Assembly (NCBI GenBank): GCA_965229695.1
Contig: OZ245921.1
Span: 274,772 to 338,771 of the forward strand
DNA from: Paracoccaceae bacterium
GTDB lineage: Bacteria; Pseudomonadota; Alphaproteobacteria; Rhodobacterales; Rhodobacteraceae
Direction of reading: 5' to 3'
Length of the DNA stretch: 64,000 bases
Below are positions 50,037-59,154 of the stretch, one piece after another. Within the stretch, counting starts at the first letter, position 1, and each line of letters opens with the position of its first letter. The notes under the pieces are model-generated. The model was not told the origin of the DNA, ran no database searches, and was given only the letters and a program-made list of their open reading frames with translations. Both the position numbers and the translations under genes were made by a program.

Positions 50037-50151
50037 CCGAAACGGAAAATGGGCGCTTGGGGGGAAGTCAGGGCACACCGATCTTCGGGCGCGCACTTGG
50101 CGGGCCGATTGCAGCCTCCGGCGGCCATATTTTGGGGATAAAGATGGGGGG
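50037..50151 (+). repeat. Bipartite intergenic repeat, copy B (most complete)
   Basis: Palindrome CATTTTCCG-AAA-CGGAAAATG (50041-50061), then the core CCTCCGGCGGCCATATTTTGGGGATAAAGATGGGGGG (50115-50151). Lies inside the moaC-moeA spacer. Confidence 0.75.
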
Positions 50152-50196
50152 CTTGGGGCCCACAATCCTTGGGGGGGACGACCCTTGGTGGGGACG

Positions 50197-51396
50197 ATGA
50201 TTTCCGTTGAGGAGGCGCTGGCGGCCTGTTTGGCTTTGACCCGGATACTGGAGCGCGAAACCGTGCCACTGGCCGAGGCCGCGGGGCGGGTTTTAGCCGA
50301 GCCGATCTTTGCCACACGGGATCAGCCGCCCTTTGAAGGCTCGGCCATGGATGGCTATGCAGTACGCGATGCCGATGTAGCGCCGGGCGCGGTGCTGCAG
50401 GTGATTGGGGAAGCGCCTGCCGGTCGGGCCTGGGCGGGAGCTGTGGCGCCCAGGCAAGCTTTGCGGATTTTCACCGGTGCGCCCATCCCCGAGGGTGCAG
50501 ATCGGGTGGTGATCCAGGAGGATGTGACCCGCGATGGTGATCAGATCACCTTGGGTGAGCGGCTGGATCAGGGTCGGCATATCCGCCCCGCGGGCGGCGA
50601 TTTCCGCGCCGGACAACGCATGGAGGCCCCGCGCCGCCTGGCCCCGGCGGATTTGGCGCTGGCAGCCTCCATGAACGCGGCGGAATTGACGGTGACGCGC
50701 CGCCCGGTGGTGGCGTTGATCGCCACGGGGGATGAGTTGGTCAGCCCCGGCGAAAGCCCGCGCGCGGATCAGATCATCGCGTCGAACACCTATGGGCTGA
50801 AAGCGCTGATCGAGGCCGAAGGGGGCCAGGCGCGGCTGCTGCCGATTGCGCGAGACACCAAAGCCAGTTTGGAGCAGGTTTTTGATCTGGCCGAGGGCGC
50901 GGATTTGATTGTCACCGTTGGCGGCGCCTCGGTCGGTGATCATGATCTGGTCGGCGCGGTCGCTGCTGATCGTGGCTTGGAACGCGCTTTTTACAAGGTG
51001 GCGATGCGGCCCGGAAAACCCTTGATGGCCGGGCGTTTGGGCGGTGCGGTGCTGCTTGGCCTGCCGGGCAATCCGGTTTCTGCCATGGTCTGCGGCCATG
51101 TGTTTTTGGTGCCGATGCTGCGGGCGTTTTTGGGCCTTCCGACCGGTGAACGCCGCCGTCTAAGCGCGCGGCTTGGTGTCGATCTGCCCGCCAACGGCCC
51201 GCGCGAGCATTACATGCGGGCCGATGTCATGCCCGGCAATGATCTGCCCGACATCACGCCCTTTTCCAGCCAAGACAGTTCGCTTCTCTCGGTGCTGTCC
51301 CAGGCCAATGCGCTGATGGTGCGCCCGCCTTCGGACCCGGCGCGCGGGGCGGGTGAGATTGTCACCTACCTGCCGCTCAGCCGTGAACCCCTTTGA
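50197..51396 (+). CDS. moeA: Molybdopterin molybdotransferase
   Basis: MISVEEALAACL start, SAMDGYAV, GDELV and GGASVGDHD blocks. The upstream part of the 488-aa ORF is repeat/spacer sequence. Confidence 0.9.
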   Translation: MISVEEALAACLALTRILERETVPLAEAAGRVLAEPIFATRDQPPFEGSAMDGYAVRDADVAPGAVLQVIGEAPAGRAWAGAVAPRQALRIFTGAPIPEGADRVVIQEDVTRDGDQITLGERLDQGRHIRPAGGDFRAGQRMEAPRRLAPADLALAASMNAAELTVTRRPVVALIATGDELVSPGESPRADQIIASNTYGLKALIEAEGGQARLLPIARDTKASLEQVFDLAEGADLIVTVGGASVGDHDLVGAVAADRGLERAFYKVAMRPGKPLMAGRLGGAVLLGLPGNPVSAMVCGHVFLVPMLRAFLGLPTGERRRLSARLGVDLPANGPREHYMRADVMPGNDLPDITPFSSQDSSLLSVLSQANALMVRPPSDPARGAGEIVTYLPLSREPL

Positions 51397-51414
51397 TTTA
51401 TTGACACATATCGG

Positions 51415-51440
51415 GAACGTGTGTAGAACATATCCTGAAC
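51415..51440 (+). promoter_or_regulatory. Alphaproteobacterial SOS (LexA) operator, three GAAC direct repeats with 7-nt spacers
   Basis: GAAC-GTGTGTA-GAAC-ATATCCT-GAAC, ending 52 nt upstream of the lexA ATG. Confidence 0.8.
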
Positions 51441-51491
51441 GCGGGAAAACCGTTTGCGGGGAAATCCCCCCGAGCAGGAGGATGTCGAGCC

Positions 51492-52175
51492 ATGCTGACC
51501 AGGAAACAGCGCGATCTTTTGGAATTTATCCACAAGCGCGTGCAGCGCGATGGGGTGCCGCCCTCATTTGACGAGATGAAGGAGGCGCTGGATCTGCGCT
51601 CCAAATCCGGCATTCACCGACTGATCACAGCGCTGGAGGAACGTGGCTTTATCCGACGGCTGGCGCATCGCGCGCGGGCGATTGAGATCGTGAAAATGCC
51701 CGAAGCCATGGAAAGCGGCGGGTTTTCCCCGCGCGTGATTGATGGCGACCGCACCGACCCGCCGCGCGGCGCGATGCCGGTTGTGGCCGAGGCGATGGAA
51801 TTGCCAGTGATGGGCCGGATCGCAGCAGGCACCCCGATAGAGGCGATCAGCCAGGTGGCCGCCCATGTGGCCGTGCCGCAGCAGATGATCGGCTCGGGCG
51901 CGTCGCATTATGCGCTTGAAGTAAAAGGCGATTCCATGATCGAGGCCGGGATCAACGATGGCGATATCGTCGTCATCGAAGAAGGCGCCAGCGCCGATAA
52001 TGGTGAGATTGTCGTGGCTCTGGTCGATGGGCAGGAGGCGACGCTGAAACGCCTGCGCCGCAAGGGCGGGATGATCGCGCTGGAGGCGGCCAACCCGGCT
52101 TATGAAACGCGCGTCTTCCGCGACGATCAGGTGACGGTGCAAGGCAAGCTGGTGGGGTTGATCCGGACGTATTGA
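51492..52175 (+). CDS. lexA: LexA repressor
   Basis: 227 aa. [13 protein letters not shown] winged-helix N-terminus, an AAG cleavage-site context and the S24 peptidase block GDSM...[14 protein letters not shown]. Confidence 0.95.
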   Translation: MLTRKQRDLLEFIHKRVQRDGVPPSFDEMKEALDLRSKSGIHRLITALEERGFIRRLAHRARAIEIVKMPEAMESGGFSPRVIDGDRTDPPRGAMPVVAEAMELPVMGRIAAGTPIEAISQVAAHVAVPQQMIGSGASHYALEVKGDSMIEAGINDGDIVVIEEGASADNGEIVVALVDGQEATLKRLRRKGGMIALEAANPAYETRVFRDDQVTVQGKLVGLIRTY

Positions 52176-52275
52176 CGGGTGGGGCGTATGGGCTGGTGGA
52201 AAACCCGCCCTTGCGGGGGGCTTGCGGGGGCGGCTTAGCTAAGGTCGCTGCCCCGACGCGAATAGGATCGCCCCG

Positions 52276-53334
52276 ATGCGCCCTGCCCTTGCCCTGATTG
52301 CCGCCCTTCTCGCCCTGCCCCTATCCGCGCATGAGATCGCGCATCCCATTGCCGATTGTGGCTGTGACAGCCAGTGTTTCACCGATGAGGTCAGCGAGGT
52401 CCGTTGCGACCGCGACGAGCGCGTGTTTGCGGCCCAAGGTTTTCCCGATCCCAGTCATCCGATGATGGTGGGGATCACCGGCACCAATCAGCAGTTTCCC
52501 ATCCTGCATAACTACGAGTTCCGCCTGCCCCTGCAGCCAGAATTCACCGGCGAGGCGCGACCGACCCTGCCAGGCGCGATTGGCGTTGCGGTGAACGGCA
52601 TCCCTTTGTTCGATCCATCGACCCAAGGGCCGATCCAGGCCGCGACCGGACGCCCGATCTCGGCCTTTGAGGCGGGGGAGTTGGATGAATGCGGCGGCCA
52701 TGCCGGGCGCGGCGACGACTATCACTACCACATGGCGCCGGTCTGTTTGATTGAGGAACTTGGGGCCGAAGCCCTGGAAACCCGCCGCCAGCCGATCGGC
52801 TTTGCCGCTGATGGCTTTCCGATCCTGGCGCTTGGCTGGTTCGATCCGGCTAATGATATCGAAGCGCAGCTTGATTCCTGTCGCGGCATCCGGGACGCGT
52901 CGGATCGCTATTTCTACAATGTCTCGCACGATGCGCCTTATGACATCCTGACCTGTTTCAACGGCGCGACCGAGCGTGGGTTTTCCCGCGATCAATGGGA
53001 TCAGCGCCAGAATGCGGCGGGGGAGGATATTGTGGGCATTCCGATGCGCTTCACCATCACGGGCTACCAGCGCGAAGAGATCGGGGGCGATATCTGCCAT
53101 TCCATGTCCGGCATGCTGGGTGAGGCACGGGTGCGCGGCGCCGATGGGCGGGAAGCGCGCACCGCAGGCACCGAAGGCACAATTTTCCACTGCAATGCGG
53201 GCTGTTACGGACAGTTCATCGAAGGCACCGCCGCTGGCCCTCGGATCACGGTGTTTGAACGGCATCTGGGGACGTGCCCGGCGGGCTATGCCCCCGCCGA
53301 GGAGAATGCATTCCTAGGTTTTGCCAGCCCATAG
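52276..53334 (+). CDS. Secreted YHYH-domain protein
   Basis: Signal peptide MRPALALIAALLALPLSAHE. CGGHAGRGDDYHYHMAP motif. Confidence 0.75.
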   Translation: MRPALALIAALLALPLSAHEIAHPIADCGCDSQCFTDEVSEVRCDRDERVFAAQGFPDPSHPMMVGITGTNQQFPILHNYEFRLPLQPEFTGEARPTLPGAIGVAVNGIPLFDPSTQGPIQAATGRPISAFEAGELDECGGHAGRGDDYHYHMAPVCLIEELGAEALETRRQPIGFAADGFPILALGWFDPANDIEAQLDSCRGIRDASDRYFYNVSHDAPYDILTCFNGATERGFSRDQWDQRQNAAGEDIVGIPMRFTITGYQREEIGGDICHSMSGMLGEARVRGADGREARTAGTEGTIFHCNAGCYGQFIEGTAAGPRITVFERHLGTCPAGYAPAEENAFLGFASP

Positions 53335-53343
53335 CGGGCGGCC

Positions 53344-54336
53344 TTAGATCAGGCCCTTTTCCGCAAAGATTTGCTTCAGCGAGCGTTTCGGGCGCGGCCC
53401 GACATGGCGGATCACCTCGGACGCGGCAGCCACACCCATTTTGCCCGCGGTTTCAAGATCTTGACCTGTGGCCATGCCATACAGGAACCCGGCGGCGAAC
53501 TGATCGCCCGCGCCGGTGGCATCGACGGGCGTAATCCGGTCGACGGGCACGGCGACGCGCGTCTCGCCCTGGATCAGGCGCACCGGGTCGCCGGAATGGG
53601 TGCAGACCACCAGATCACAGACCGAGGCCGCTTTGCCGAGCGCCGCGTCCAGATCGTCCATTTCATAAAGCGACAGCCATTCTTCGTGATTGCCGATGGT
53701 GAAATCCATCTCTTCCTCGATCAGGCGCTGAAAATCGGCCCGGTGGCGATCAACACAAAACGGGTCGCTTAGGGTGATGCCAACCTTGCCCCCGCCCGCC
53801 TTGCAATGGGCCGCGGCGGCGGTGAAGGCGGCTTTGCCTTCGGGCTTGTCGTAGAGATACCCTTCAAGAAACAGCCAGCGCGCGGCCTGGGCCACCCCGC
53901 TATCGACATCATCCTCATCAAAATCAGCGCCTGCGCCCAGATAGGTGTTCATCGACCGCTCCCCATCGGGCGAAACAAAGATCATCGAGCGTGAGGTGGG
54001 CGGGATATCCCCCGCGACCGGCGGGTTTGGGAAATCGGTGCCTTCCTGCGCCAACCCTTCGGCATAAAACCGGCCCAGCGCGTCGTCTTTCACCTTACCC
54101 AGAAAGGCGGTTTTCAGCCCCAATGTGCCCACGCCCGCGATGGTGTTGGCGACCGACCCGCCCGGCGTCTGCACCCGGTCGGACATCGCGCCATAAAGCA
54201 GTTCCGCCCGGTCGCGTTCGATCAGCTGCATGATGCCTTTGGTGATGCCCATATTGTCGAGAAAGCTGTCATCGCCATGGGAAATCACGTCGACAATCGC
54301 ATTGCCGATGCCGACGACATCATAGGTTTGGGTCAT
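53344..54336 (-). CDS. PfkB-family kinase (adenosine kinase-like)
   Basis: 330 aa. VVGIGNAIVDV N-terminus and C-terminal DATGAGDQFAAGFLYG anion-hole block. Confidence 0.85.
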   Translation of the reverse strand: MTQTYDVVGIGNAIVDVISHGDDSFLDNMGITKGIMQLIERDRAELLYGAMSDRVQTPGGSVANTIAGVGTLGLKTAFLGKVKDDALGRFYAEGLAQEGTDFPNPPVAGDIPPTSRSMIFVSPDGERSMNTYLGAGADFDEDDVDSGVAQAARWLFLEGYLYDKPEGKAAFTAAAAHCKAGGGKVGITLSDPFCVDRHRADFQRLIEEEMDFTIGNHEEWLSLYEMDDLDAALGKAASVCDLVVCTHSGDPVRLIQGETRVAVPVDRITPVDATGAGDQFAAGFLYGMATGQDLETAGKMGVAAASEVIRHVGPRPKRSLKQIFAEKGLI

Positions 54337-54385
54337 TTGAGGGTGTCCTTCATTTCACGGAGGGGCGCGGCACGGGGCGGCGCAA

Positions 54386-55030
54386 TCACTCGGTTTTTTC
54401 TGCGAATTGGCAAAGGTCTTTGATGATGCAGGCCCCGCATTTGGGTTTGCGGGCAACGCAGATATAGCGGCCATGCAGGATCATCCAGTGATGGGCATGA
54501 AGCTGGAACTCGGCCGGGATATTGTCTTCGATGGCGCGTTCGACGGCGACCACATCCTTGCCCGGCGCGATACCGGAGCGGTTGCCAAGGCGGAAGATAT
54601 GGGTGTCGACCGCCTGCGCCGGAAAGCGCCACCACATGTTCAGCACCACATTGGCGGTCTTGCGCCCCACGCCCGGCAGCGCCTGCAGTGCGGCGCGCGA
54701 ACTGGGCACCTGGCCGCCATATTCCTCGACCAGGATGCGGCTGAGTTTGATGACATTCTTGGCCTTGTTGCGGTAAAGGCCGATGGTTTTGATATGGTCG
54801 ATCAGCGCCTCTTCGCCCAGGTCGAGCATCTTTTGCGGCGTGTCAGCAATCTCGAAAAGCTTCGCGGTGGCTTTGTTCACGCCAGCATCGGTGGCCTGGG
54901 CGCTGAGCGCGACCGCGACCACCAGCGTATACGCATTGGTATGGTGCAATTCGCCTTTCGGCTCCGGCTCGGAGGTCCGGAAGCGGTCGAAGATCTCATA
55001 GATCGTGGCGTAAGGAAGCTGTTTGGCCAT
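54386..55030 (-). CDS. nth: Endonuclease III
   Basis: MAKQLPYATIYEIF start, LPGVGRKTANVVL helix-hairpin-helix and a C-terminal CX6CX2CX5C iron-sulfur cluster. Confidence 0.95.
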   Translation of the reverse strand: MAKQLPYATIYEIFDRFRTSEPEPKGELHHTNAYTLVVAVALSAQATDAGVNKATAKLFEIADTPQKMLDLGEEALIDHIKTIGLYRNKAKNVIKLSRILVEEYGGQVPSSRAALQALPGVGRKTANVVLNMWWRFPAQAVDTHIFRLGNRSGIAPGKDVVAVERAIEDNIPAEFQLHAHHWMILHGRYICVARKPKCGACIIKDLCQFAEKTE

Positions 55031-55114
55031 GGGTTTGGGTATGGCCCGAGCAATCTGTCCAGGCAAGGCGCGAAATGGTCCACCGGGATGGCGCGGCCTG
55101 CGGCCGCGCCCGAG

Positions 55115-55202
55115 GCATTTTCCGGGGCGGAAAATGCGCGAGCGGTGAACCGGAGCGCATTGGGGGCATCGGGTTTTTTTGCGTTTTTTGGAAAGATGAA
55201 GG
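55115..55202 (+). repeat. Bipartite intergenic repeat, copy D (degenerate core)
   Basis: GCATTTTCCG-GGG-CGGAAAATGC (55115-55137) shares its arms with copy B. The downstream TTTTTTGGAAAGATGAAGG shares AAAGATGAAGG with copy A. Confidence 0.55.
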
Positions 55203-55285
55203 CAAAGGCGCGTTTCGCGCAGCTTTCGGGTCGCGGCAGGGGCATGGCCCGCTTAGGGTATTGGCAAGATGTTGGAGGTAACCCG

Positions 55286-56137
55286 ATGACGATGATGGAA
55301 CGGCCCGAAGCGGCCTATCACTACCAGGTGGTGCGGCGCGCCTTGGAGGAGATTGACGCGGCAGGCCCCGGTTTGGGCCTGGAGGAGCTGTCGGCGCGGA
55401 TCGGGATGAGCCCGGCCCATGTGCAGCGGGTGTTTTCGCGCTGGGCCGGCGTCTCGCCCAAGCGCTATCAGCAATATTTGACTTTGGACCACGCAAAGAC
55501 CCTGCTGCGCGAGCGGTTCACCACGCTCGAGACCGCGCAATCGGTGGGCCTGTCGGGTTCGGGCCGGTTGCATGATCTGTTCCTGACCTGGGAAGCGATG
55601 AGCCCCGGTGAATTTGCCAATGGCGGCGCGGGGTTGACCATCCGCTGGGGCTGGTTTGACAGCCCCTTTGGCCTGGCCCTGGTCATGGGCACCGATCGCG
55701 GGATTTGTGGCATTGGATTTGCCGCCGAAACCGGGGCAGAACCCACCATGGCCGATCTGCAATCGCGCTGGCCCAAGGCCGCGTATGTCGAAGACCCGAT
55801 GGCGCTGAAATCCATGGCCGAGGCAGCCTTTGGCTGCGGCGGTGAGGCGCGGCTGCATCTGATCGGCGCGCCCTTTCAGATCAAGGTTTGGGAGGCGCTT
55901 TTGTCGATCCCCTCGGGCCAGGTCACAACCTATTCGGAGATCGCGCAATCGGTGGGTCGGCCCAAAGCCGCCCGCGCGGTCGGAACAGCCGTCGGGCGCA
56001 ACCCGATCTCATGGCTGATCCCCTGCCACCGCGCCTTGCGTAAATCCGGCGGGTTGGGGGGGTATCACTGGGGCCTGCCGGTGAAACGCGCCATGCTGGC
56101 CTGGGAAGCAGCCGAGGCCGAGGCACAAAGCGCCTGA
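55286..56137 (+). CDS. Ada-like AraC-HTH / methylated-DNA--protein-cysteine methyltransferase fusion
   Basis: N-terminal AraC-type HTH (ARIGMSPAHVQRVFSRWAGVSPKRY). C-terminal O6-methylguanine methyltransferase domain with the IPCHR active site. Confidence 0.85.
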   Translation: MTMMERPEAAYHYQVVRRALEEIDAAGPGLGLEELSARIGMSPAHVQRVFSRWAGVSPKRYQQYLTLDHAKTLLRERFTTLETAQSVGLSGSGRLHDLFLTWEAMSPGEFANGGAGLTIRWGWFDSPFGLALVMGTDRGICGIGFAAETGAEPTMADLQSRWPKAAYVEDPMALKSMAEAAFGCGGEARLHLIGAPFQIKVWEALLSIPSGQVTTYSEIAQSVGRPKAARAVGTAVGRNPISWLIPCHRALRKSGGLGGYHWGLPVKRAMLAWEAAEAEAQSA

Positions 56138-56263
56138 TTGTGATCAGCGGGTTTCCGCAATGCGGGTTTTTCCCCCTGCCAAGGCTTTGCGCCTTGATAT
56201 AGACTTGCCCCAGATCGGTCGGAGACAACCGGCCAAGCTTTTACATGTAGGAAGGGCAGTCTT

Positions 56264-56911
56264 ATGGGGATTTCGATGAAACTGACCGGGGCCACGGTGC
56301 TGTCGGCCTTTGTGCTGACGGGCTGTGTGACAACCGACCCGAACCAGAACCGAACCCGCGATGGGGCGATCACCGGCGGTCTGCTTGGCGCCGTTTTGGG
56401 CGCCTCGGTCACCGATAACAACCGCGCCTCGGGCGCGTTGATCGGGGCCGCGGCTGGCGCAGCGATTGGTGGCGGCATCGGGGCCGCGCTGGACCGTCAG
56501 GCGCAGGATTTGCGCGCCTCGCTGGCCAATGATCAGATCCTGATTGAAAACACCGGTTCCGAGCTGATCGTGCGGATGCCCGAAGGCATCTTGTTCGATG
56601 TCGATAGTGCCGCGATCCGCGCCGGGTTGCAGGCTGATCTGCGGGCGCTCTCGCGCAATTTGCAGCAATACCCCGACACCACGGTGGATGTGATCGGCCA
56701 TACCGACAACACCGGATCGGCTGAGTATAACCAAGACCTTTCCGCCCGCCGCGCGGCGGCGGTGGCTGGTGTGCTGCTAGAGGAAGGCGTGTCGCCTGCC
56801 CGCGTGCGCAGCTTCGGGCGCGGCGAAAACGAACCCCTGGCCACGAACCTGACGCCCGAAGGTCGGCAAGCCAACCGCCGGGTCGAGGTGATCATCCGCC
56901 CACGGGCCTGA
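56264..56911 (+). CDS. OmpA-family lipoprotein with glycine-zipper N-domain
   Basis: Lipobox LTGC, Gly-zipper GAAAGAAIGGGIGAA and a C-terminal OmpA block GHTDNTGSAEYNQDLSARRA...NRRVE. Start 56264 or 56276. Confidence 0.85.
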   Translation: MGISMKLTGATVLSAFVLTGCVTTDPNQNRTRDGAITGGLLGAVLGASVTDNNRASGALIGAAAGAAIGGGIGAALDRQAQDLRASLANDQILIENTGSELIVRMPEGILFDVDSAAIRAGLQADLRALSRNLQQYPDTTVDVIGHTDNTGSAEYNQDLSARRAAAVAGVLLEEGVSPARVRSFGRGENEPLATNLTPEGRQANRRVEVIIRPRA

Positions 56912-56940
56912 TCCCACCCCACCCGAGCCAGATTTTTGCA

Positions 56941-56970
56941 AGGCGCCACAAGGTTTTGTGGCGCCTTTTA
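56941..56970 (+). terminator. Rho-independent terminator after the OmpA-like gene
   Basis: AGGCGCCACAA-GGTT-TTGTGGCGCCT followed by TTTT. Confidence 0.85.
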
Positions 56971-56999
56971 ACCAGTTTGGGTGGACAGACCCCCTTTGG

Positions 57000-57018
57000 T
57001 GGTCATATTCTCTGACCA
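57000..57018. promoter_or_regulatory. Candidate GntR/FadR-type operator TGGTCA-N7-TGACCA
   Basis: Perfect 6-bp inverted repeat ending 17 nt upstream of the GntR-family ATG. Confidence 0.5.
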
Positions 57019-57034
57019 ATTCGGGGAGGGACAG

Positions 57035-57805
57035 ATGCCGTTTCAGCGGATCGAGGCCGAAAAGCTGTCGCATTCGGTCGTGCGTCAGATAGAACAATTA
57101 ATCCTGCGCGGCATATTGCGGCCCGGCGAACGCCTGCCGTCGGAACGGGAGTTGAGCGAGCGCCTGGGCGTGTCCCGCCCATCGCTGCGCGAAGCCGTGG
57201 CCGAGTTGCAGGAGCGCGGGCTTTTGGCCACCCGCGCAGGCGCCGGGATTTACGTGGCCGATGTGTTGGGCAGCGCCTTTTCCCCCGCACTGATCCGGCT
57301 TTTCGCCTCCCATGATGAGGCGGTCATCGACTACATTTCGTTCCGTCGTGACATGGAAAGCATTGCCGCCGAGCGCGCGGCCCTGCATGGGTCGGACACC
57401 GATCTGAAGGTGATCGATACGATTTTCCGCAAAATGGAAGTCGCCCATACCAAGCGCAACCCGTCTGATGAGGCGGAGCTAGACGCTGAGTTTCACCTGG
57501 CCATTATCGAGGCCAGCCACAATGTCATCATGCTGCATATGATGCGCTCAATGTTCGATCTGCTGCGCGAGGGCGTGTTTTTCAACCGCCAGATCCTGTT
57601 CAAACAGCGCAGCACGCGCGATCTGCTTTTGGACCATCACCGCGCGATCAATGACGCGATCCAGACCCGTGATGAGACCGCTGCGCGGGCGGCAGTGGTC
57701 GAACATCTGACCTATGTCGAGATGTCCTTGGACGCGATGCGCAAAGCCGAAAAGAACGAAGAGATTGCGCAGCTGCGCTACGCCCATGAGGTCGAGCGCC
57801 CTTAA
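57035..57805 (+). CDS. GntR-family (FadR/FCD subfamily) transcriptional regulator
   Basis: Winged-helix block GERLPSERELSERLGVSRPSLREAV plus an all-helical FCD-like C-domain. GGGGAGGG RBS upstream. Confidence 0.85.
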   Translation: MPFQRIEAEKLSHSVVRQIEQLILRGILRPGERLPSERELSERLGVSRPSLREAVAELQERGLLATRAGAGIYVADVLGSAFSPALIRLFASHDEAVIDYISFRRDMESIAAERAALHGSDTDLKVIDTIFRKMEVAHTKRNPSDEAELDAEFHLAIIEASHNVIMLHMMRSMFDLLREGVFFNRQILFKQRSTRDLLLDHHRAINDAIQTRDETAARAAVVEHLTYVEMSLDAMRKAEKNEEIAQLRYAHEVERP

Positions 57806-59022
57806 TCCGACGCGCCCCCGGCCCAGGCATTGCCGTTTTGCCAATCGATCGGCGCCTCCTGCATTTGCAAATGCAGCTTGTCGCCGGTGTAAGGGTGGGC
57901 ACGGGCGACATCTTCGTTCAACTCGATGCCAAGGCCGGGGGCCTCGGGCGCGGTGACAAAGCCGTTTTCGACTTTGGGGCGTCCACGCACCAGCGCGTCA
58001 TGGAACGGGCTTTCAATCGCTTCGGTCATCAGGATGTTCGGGCAGGTCACAGCCAAATGCACATTGGCCGCCCATTCCACCGGCCCGGCATAAAGATGCG
58101 GCGCCATTTGTGCGCCATAAGCCTCGGCCAAACTGGCGATTTTCTTGGCAATCCAAAGGCCCCCGGCGCGGCCCAGCGCGGGTTGCAGGATGCGCACGCC
58201 CGCTTTCAATGCGGCGTGGAATTCGGGCAAGCCGGTGAGGCGTTCACCGGTCGCCACGGGGATCGAGGTGGCGCGCGCAACCTCGGCCAGCGCATCCGCG
58301 CTGTCGGGTGGCACGGGTTCTTCGTACCAAAGCGGGTCATAGGGTTCGAGCGCGCGGGCCAGGCGAATGGCTTGGGCCGGGGCAAACTGACCATGGGTGC
58401 CGAAAAGCAGATCGGCCTTGGTGCCAACGGCGTCCCGGATGGCGGCGCACATGCGACGCGACAGGTCGATATCGGCCAAAGCAGGGGCATGGCCGCCCCG
58501 AATGGTGTAAGGGCCGGCAGGGTCGAACTTCACGGCGGTCCACCCTTCGGCCACACGCGCGGCGGCGGCTTCGGCATGGGCATCAGCGTCGATCCAGAAT
58601 CCGGTCGGGTCGTGATGCGCTTCGGGATACAGATAGGTGTAGCTGCGCACGCGGTCATTCATGCGCCCGCCCATCAGGGCCCAAACCGGACGGTCGCGGT
58701 CCTTGCCCAGGATATCCCAGCAGGCAATCTCGAGCCCGGCAAACGCGCCAAACACCGTTGGATCGGGGCGCTGGGTGAAGCCCGAGGAATAGGCCCGGCG
58801 CGCCATCAATTCGATATCTTCCGGCGAGCTGCCTTGCATATGGCGGGCGAAAACATCTTGGATCACCGCCGCCATGGCTTTGGGGCCGATGGCGCTGGCA
58901 TAGACCTCGCCCAGCCCGGTCAGGCCGGTATCGGTGCTGAGCCGCACGATCAGCCAATAGCGCCCGCCCCAGCCGGGGGGCGGCGGGGCGACGGTGAAAA
59001 TCTCAAGATCGGTCAGGCGCAT
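57802..59022 (-). CDS. Enolase-superfamily (mandelate racemase/muconate-lactonizing) sugar-acid dehydratase-like enzyme
   Basis: MRLTDLEIFTV...GLGEVY capping domain, then a barrel domain with KFDPAG, WYEEP and ATGER blocks. Confidence 0.8.
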   Translation of the reverse strand: MRLTDLEIFTVAPPPPGWGGRYWLIVRLSTDTGLTGLGEVYASAIGPKAMAAVIQDVFARHMQGSSPEDIELMARRAYSSGFTQRPDPTVFGAFAGLEIACWDILGKDRDRPVWALMGGRMNDRVRSYTYLYPEAHHDPTGFWIDADAHAEAAAARVAEGWTAVKFDPAGPYTIRGGHAPALADIDLSRRMCAAIRDAVGTKADLLFGTHGQFAPAQAIRLARALEPYDPLWYEEPVPPDSADALAEVARATSIPVATGERLTGLPEFHAALKAGVRILQPALGRAGGLWIAKKIASLAEAYGAQMAPHLYAGPVEWAANVHLAVTCPNILMTEAIESPFHDALVRGRPKVENGFVTAPEAPGLGIELNEDVARAHPYTGDKLHLQMQEAPIDWQNGNAWAGGASD

Positions 59023-59090
59023 GTCTGGGCCTTTCGGGCGGTGGGCCAAGGGCCCGGGCGGGGTTTGGGGCGCTGCCCCCGGGCTTGCGC

Positions 59091-59129
59091 CCTCCCCCGC
59101 CATATTTTTTGGGATAAAGAGGGAGGGGG
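59091..59129 (+). repeat. Intergenic repeat core, copy C
   Basis: CCTCCCCCGCCATATTTTTTGGGATAAAGAGGGAGGGGG. The GC-rich flanks can pair (about 15 bp, 2 mismatches) around the AT-rich core. Confidence 0.65.
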
Positions 59130-59154
59130 CGGGCGCGTTAACCTTAACCTTGGG

